The translations under genes were made by a program, and so were the position numbers. The notes beneath the pieces were generated by a model. The model saw nothing but the letters and a program-made list of their open reading frames with translations, was not told the origin of the DNA and ran no database searches. From an uncultured Anaerolinea sp. (lineage in GTDB: Bacteria; Chloroflexota; Anaerolineae; Anaerolineales; Anaerolineaceae), in contig CAZMMI010000001.1 in assembly GCA_964567255.1 (NCBI GenBank), positions 1,247 to 65,246 of the forward strand: a stretch of DNA of 64,000 nt, written 5' to 3'. This document shows, one piece after another, positions 61,301 through 64,000 of this stretch. Position 1 is the stretch's first letter; every line of letters begins with the position of its first letter.

Positions 61301-63977
61301 CGGCAGGCCTATGGATGAGCTGGATTCCCACAGCGAGAGCCAGGGAAAATAACGTCGTTATACTCATTTTCAGCCAGGCGGCATTCCGGCGAGTTCGCAG
61401 GCCGAATAGTTTGGCCGTTTGAGCGGCAGTGGTCCACTGCAGAAGGTAGCGATGGCTAATAACCAACCGGTACAGGGTGGTGAAAATGGCATCCAGGTTT
61501 ACATAAGCTTCGTAAGGCAGAAAGACGATTGCCAGTGCCCAGCGTAGAAAATTGGGGCCCATCGACCTGAAGGCGGCGCCAATATTTGTACCCCGCATCG
61601 CTTGAATAATACTGGTGACCGTACTGGTGATGATCGGTATTGCCAGAGCTGTCAGTACAATGCCTAACCAGATCCCGGCATGAACCGGCAGGAACAACAT
61701 CCCTGCACTGAAGATCAGCGTAAGAGCTGGCATAAGCATGGAGCGGAGCAAGTTGTCAATGATCTTCCAGCGGTCAATGGCCGAGAATGTTACCCCAAAC
61801 TTCCTGGCATTCAATAGCCAGGGGAGCAGTTGCCAATCTCCGCGAATCCAGCGACGCTGGCGCATGATCTGAACAGGGTAGTTGGTGGGGTAATCCTCGA
61901 TCATGGTGATGTCCGTAACCAATGCGGCGCGTCCCATTAATCCTTCAAGAAGATCGTGACTGAGCACGCTGTTTTCAGGGATGTGTTTTTCGACGCTGCG
62001 CTCGAAGGCGTCTACATCGTAGATCCCTTTGCCCACATAACTGCCCTCGCCAAAAAGATCCTGGTAAGCGTCGGAAACTGACCGGGTGTATAGATCCAGG
62101 CCAGAATCCCCGGCAAAGATGCGGGTGAACCAGGAATAGTTGATGCTTCTTGGGTGGATCTCCATACGTGGCTGCAGAATGGTATAGCCGGATGTGACCT
62201 GCCCTGTTGCGTCATTGAACCTGGCCCGGTTCAAGGGGTGGGCCAGGGTGCCTGCCAGCCGCCGGGCGGCTCCCCGCGGCAAGACGGTGTCAGCGTCCAG
62301 CGTGATGACAAATCGGACGTGCTGTAATGCATCCAATCCGCCCATATCTCGGGTGACCTTCGAAAAAGACAGGTCCGTACTGCTATGGAGTGAACTACGT
62401 AACAGGTTGTTCATCTCGTGCAGTTTGCCGCGTTTGCGTTCCCATCCCATCCACTTTCTTTCTGACGGATTCCACAACCGTTTGCGGTGAAGCAAGTAAA
62501 AAGATCGCTGTGCTCCAGAAAGAGAGTCGGATTGAAGCCGGTTTTTATACTTGTCGTTCAGGTTCTTAATGGAGGATATAGCGTAAGCTAATAGCTCTTC
62601 ATCATCCGGCTGCGTTTCGCTGTCTGCGTCGGGAAAATCGGTCAGTAGAGCGAACAGCAGACCTGCTTCAGGGTTGCGAAGATAATGCATTTCGAGCTGA
62701 TTGGTGAGATGGTCGATTTCCTCACGGCTGGTGATTAGTGCAGGAACCACGATCATCGTTTGGAATCGATCGGGGATTCCGTCTTTGAATTGCAATTTGG
62801 GTAAAATGCGGGGGCGGACCGATAACGTCACGATCCAGTTCGTCAGGCTGGCGGCAGCGGTGAGAATGGGAATGGGCAGGGCAATTCCGATGATGGCGAG
62901 GATGATTTTCTGGATGGTTGTTGAAGCGACCAGATAACTGGGCAGGCTCATTATCTGTGCCAGGGCTAGATAGGCCAATACCGCCATCGAAAGAATCATG
63001 CAGAAATAGAGGGTACTGGAATGGCGGAACAGCCAGCGCTTTAGGGTTGTCTTGAGATCGGGACGGTAACCGATGCGTTCTTCCAGCTCGGTTCGGCTTG
63101 CTCCAAGCAAGTATTCGCCTACGTGGTCGCGCGTGCCGACGGCAGATCCCTCAAACTGGTTTAGTCTGGTCGAAATCGCCGCCGATTTTGGCAGGGTGAC
63201 GTAATTGTTGCGCGCCAATTCGAGTGTCACACCGGCCAGCTCGTCCTCTTCGCGATTGGTCGCAAAGGCGAGCTTTTCTATCTCTTTTCGGTAAATGTCG
63301 CGAGTCCTGAAATCCATCAACGGATAAATTCCAGAAGGGTCTTGCCGCAGAATTTGTTCCAGGCGGCTGACATTCTCAAAGAAATCGCTCCAATTCTGTT
63401 CAGAGATTGTGCGCAGGCTGAGAACAATATTGGCTACAATATGGTTATCGGTTGAGTTTGGGTCGCTCTGGTCTATGCCGGCGGATCCCGGCAGCTGCGG
63501 CGGATAAACGGGCAGGCGAGGAGATTCTTTGGGTTGGATTACCCCGGCGAGTTCGTGAGCCAGTGTTTCGATACAACTGTAGCGCAAAAAGATGGGCAGG
63601 GCCCAAAGTTCGCCCATCGTAAGATGAACCTGGTCCTGCAATTGGATCAGGATCGTCTCGAGATCAATCGGATTGAGCAAGAAATTCTGGTGCGCGAGGA
63701 TGGTGCGGGCGATCGCGTAGACGCGCGGCAAACCCTTTAATGGATCGCCGGTCAGTTTAGGCAACTGCTGGTAATAACCAGACGGCAAATCTTCGCCGAT
63801 TTGCCGTAGGGCCTGGCGAATAATATAGTAATTATCCAGGATCCACTCTGAGGCGTAGGTCAGGGTCAGATCGTGGTTTGAAGCTTCCCGGAAATAGCTG
63901 TGTGCTTCACTCAGCCATGATTCGTACGCGTCCAAATCGCGCCCTGCCAGGTCTCGCCCTTGCAGTATCATGGCCAA
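55344..63977 (-). CDS. ndvB: Cyclic beta-1,2-glucan synthase-like protein (NdvB/ChvB/Cgs type: membrane GT84-like glycosyltransferase fused to a GH94-like phosphorylase domain)
   Basis: 2877 aa, matching the size of known Cgs proteins. It has TM segments, VITLDADT (DxD) and QRRRWIRGDWQ (QxxRW) glycosyltransferase motifs, and a C-terminal GH94-like region with GTGDWNDG. The track start is the TTG at 63977, with an ATG at 63971. The frame has no stop up to base 64000, so the true start may lie outside the window. Confidence 0.85.
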   Translation of the reverse strand: MAMILQGRDLAGRDLDAYESWLSEAHSYFREASNHDLTLTYASEWILDNYYIIRQALRQIGEDLPSGYYQQLPKLTGDPLKGLPRVYAIARTILAHQNFLLNPIDLETILIQLQDQVHLTMGELWALPIFLRYSCIETLAHELAGVIQPKESPRLPVYPPQLPGSAGIDQSDPNSTDNHIVANIVLSLRTISEQNWSDFFENVSRLEQILRQDPSGIYPLMDFRTRDIYRKEIEKLAFATNREEDELAGVTLELARNNYVTLPKSAAISTRLNQFEGSAVGTRDHVGEYLLGASRTELEERIGYRPDLKTTLKRWLFRHSSTLYFCMILSMAVLAYLALAQIMSLPSYLVASTTIQKIILAIIGIALPIPILTAAASLTNWIVTLSVRPRILPKLQFKDGIPDRFQTMIVVPALITSREEIDHLTNQLEMHYLRNPEAGLLFALLTDFPDADSETQPDDEELLAYAISSIKNLNDKYKNRLQSDSLSGAQRSFYLLHRKRLWNPSERKWMGWERKRGKLHEMNNLLRSSLHSSTDLSFSKVTRDMGGLDALQHVRFVITLDADTVLPRGAARRLAGTLAHPLNRARFNDATGQVTSGYTILQPRMEIHPRSINYSWFTRIFAGDSGLDLYTRSVSDAYQDLFGEGSYVGKGIYDVDAFERSVEKHIPENSVLSHDLLEGLMGRAALVTDITMIEDYPTNYPVQIMRQRRWIRGDWQLLPWLLNARKFGVTFSAIDRWKIIDNLLRSMLMPALTLIFSAGMLFLPVHAGIWLGIVLTALAIPIITSTVTSIIQAMRGTNIGAAFRSMGPNFLRWALAIVFLPYEAYVNLDAIFTTLYRLVISHRYLLQWTTAAQTAKLFGLRTRRNAAWLKMSITTLFSLALAVGIQLIHRPAGSGPAPALIISSPVLLLWLIAPLVARWISQPIRVRKVPLSEEQEVLLRQVIRRTWGFFERFVGPEDHWLPPDHFQESPVGMTAHQTSPTNIGLLLTSTLAAYDFGYLDQLGLVTRLSTTMDSLGQLQRFRGHFLNWYDTLSLEPLTPRYISTVDSGNLAASLIITAQACQTMPDEPVFRWDLWQGYLDTLSNLSETLTGMKKDEFAQQVEEINLEIAAIRDKILAVRDEPRQWYAVFMNVSGPFWQDLSGRLMELVKVGSSAFDLATLRKLQEVAAQVERLHLAVQRTLSELILWIPRMEHPPALLLEDLYVEEFGALRDSLPYNPRLNRIRDHSKDSLTQIDILRELLKNHQDLSLPESGPGHEAIRWLDALAQDLTQASINANLLLVGFSQISTRAEQFVNEMDFQFLYHPQRRVFHIGYNLDAGQLDNNYYDLLASEARIASFVAIAKGDVPQSHWLQLGRPLTRVEGAHVLLSWSATMFEYLMPHLFLRSYPGTLLADSTQGAVLKQIAYGKEKNVPWGISESGFYRFDANQNYQYRAFGVPGLGFKRGLGDDLVIAPYASLIAIDFNPQAVLRNLAELIDYNMVGLYGFYESIDFTSDRLLLDQPLAVVSEYMAHHQGMIMMAMANFFHKNIMVRRMHSDPRIQSVELLLQEQIPVAVPLQDPYAEDVKGVRRLTSGPVEITPWKVPVQTPIPQLNLLSNGSYNVLLSNMGGGYSSWRDISLTRWQPDGVLDSWGTWVYIQELYKNMPGNTSPWSAGHQPIPGNPENMQTTFFAHMAVYRRTQNGITSTMEVTVAPDDPVEIRRLHLHNNKGRPRTLRLTSYGEVILAPQAADARHPAFNKLFIESEFVPELNLQIFRRRPRSNEETSFLVGHMLVVEGSQAAVRHEADRNRFIGRNHTLRKPSALSSTQYLTGTPAATLDPIFALGQEIELPPHEGADLAYLTFAGESREEILALAGRFASWILIDRSFHQADIAAQAWLGKQEITTRTFQDMLQTLSALVYPFKAVRAAPETIAANRLGQAGLWRFGISGDYPILLVELDNLKQADLVSEVLQVHKYLRDRRFMADVVILNCQQSNYGAELHGMLYRLVSKLNGEGWLNQRGGIFILYGDQLTSEERILLQTASRVLLRGENGALGSQMPGYSIPVHHLPAFTPTRPPEDKPGADNPPNAFPLETKDGLKFHNGFGGFSADGREYIIELSPGKSTPAPWVNVIGYPEFGFMVSEAGSQCTWAMNSGENRLTPWSNDPVSDPTGEALYLRDEETGEVWTPTPLPSGANQPYRTTHGAGYTIFEHNSHGLRHCLTLFSSPEDPVKIIHLKVENTLPRPRRITATQYVEWVLGTNHAENMAYIIPEYDSNLECLLASNPYNAEFRDRTAFLIASKEIHGLTADRTEFLGRGGSPASPIALSRLGLETRITPGEDPCAVLQLHLDLAPGGSEEVYFVLGQGKDKEHSLALAEKYHNPAFVSAAFERTRLFWDHLLGAVQVHTPEPATDLILNRWMLYQSLSCRIWGRSGFYQSSGAFGFRDQLQDVLALLLTDPTITRGQIINAARHQFLEGDVMHWWHPPSGRGVRTRFSDDLLWLPYVTALYVEATGDTGILDERIAFRQAQPLSQGEIERYGEYPQSELTHSLMEHCLRAIEKGSTTGSHGLPLIGTGDWNDGLNRVGEDGQGESVWLAWFICDILKRFAQICEQAGDRETAQRYLFRAKKYAASVEQSAWDGAWYRRAYYDNGASLGSAQDAECQIDAIAQSWAVLSGAGDEHRGRIAMQSALARLVNPQDRLLKLFTPPFDKSPRDPGYIKGYLPGTRENGGQYTHAATWTAWAMASLGDGAQAGALFNLLNPIYHADSPEKAAVYRVEPYVICADVYSAPPYVRRGGWTWYTGSAAWMYRLGLEAILGLRKIGNTLNIHPVIPPNWDGFEIRYQFGESTYLIRVDNPEHDPQQVKQILVDGRSLSSPSIPLVDDKSEHRVTLILGK

Positions 63978-64000
63978 TTCTCGCTTAGATATTTCACGAC

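Noticed and set aside
1-64000. tRNA, rRNA, tmRNA or RNase P genes
   Set aside because: I scanned the intergenic regions by eye for tRNA-like acceptor and T-arm patterns (GTTCRANYC) and for rRNA-like conserved blocks, and saw none. A covariance-model scan (tRNAscan-SE, Infernal) would be needed for certainty.

Overview
This 64-kb window has about 55-60% G+C by eye. The gene content suggests a Chloroflexota (Anaerolineae-like) genome, but that is inference only. I found no rRNA, tRNA or CRISPR array. Layout: (1) 16-4296 (-) encodes a 1426-aa secreted beta-helix/PD40-repeat protein, followed by small housekeeping-type genes (PNPOx-family, DegV) and a truncated zinc-ribbon transposase-like gene. 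(2) 8.7-30.2 kb is the most unusual part. Six co-directional genes encode secreted mosaic proteins of about 2058, 1877, 1954, 702, 199 and 230 aa. Together they carry four metallophosphoesterase domains, InlB-B-type, cadherin, PKD and Ig-like modules, and three recurring module types I cannot assign to a named family: a C-terminal Trp-rich domain (4 copies), an FYG module (5 copies) and an SWNCGST module (3 copies). (3) 30.7-38.8 kb holds three small regulator-led operons with clear promoter and palindromic operator candidates: MFS-TetR-7TM-SDR, TetR-isochorismatase, and an ArsR-like regulator with two CPBP proteases. (4) 38.9-51.3 kb is a plastic region. It contains a TnpB C-terminal remnant and two tandem paralogous modules, each led by a MalT/LuxR-type STAND regulator followed by a conserved ~92-aa protein, membrane proteins and an MDR dehydrogenase. 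The second module is split by an AT-rich GT4 gene and a transposase fragment, bracketed by 42-bp direct repeats. (5) 51.5-64.0 kb holds a DUF333 lipoprotein, ExoD, an ArsR/DUF2087 regulator with a serine hydrolase, and a 2877-aa cyclic beta-1,2-glucan synthase-like gene whose reading frame stays open to the window edge. All family assignments come from motif recognition by eye, not database searches.
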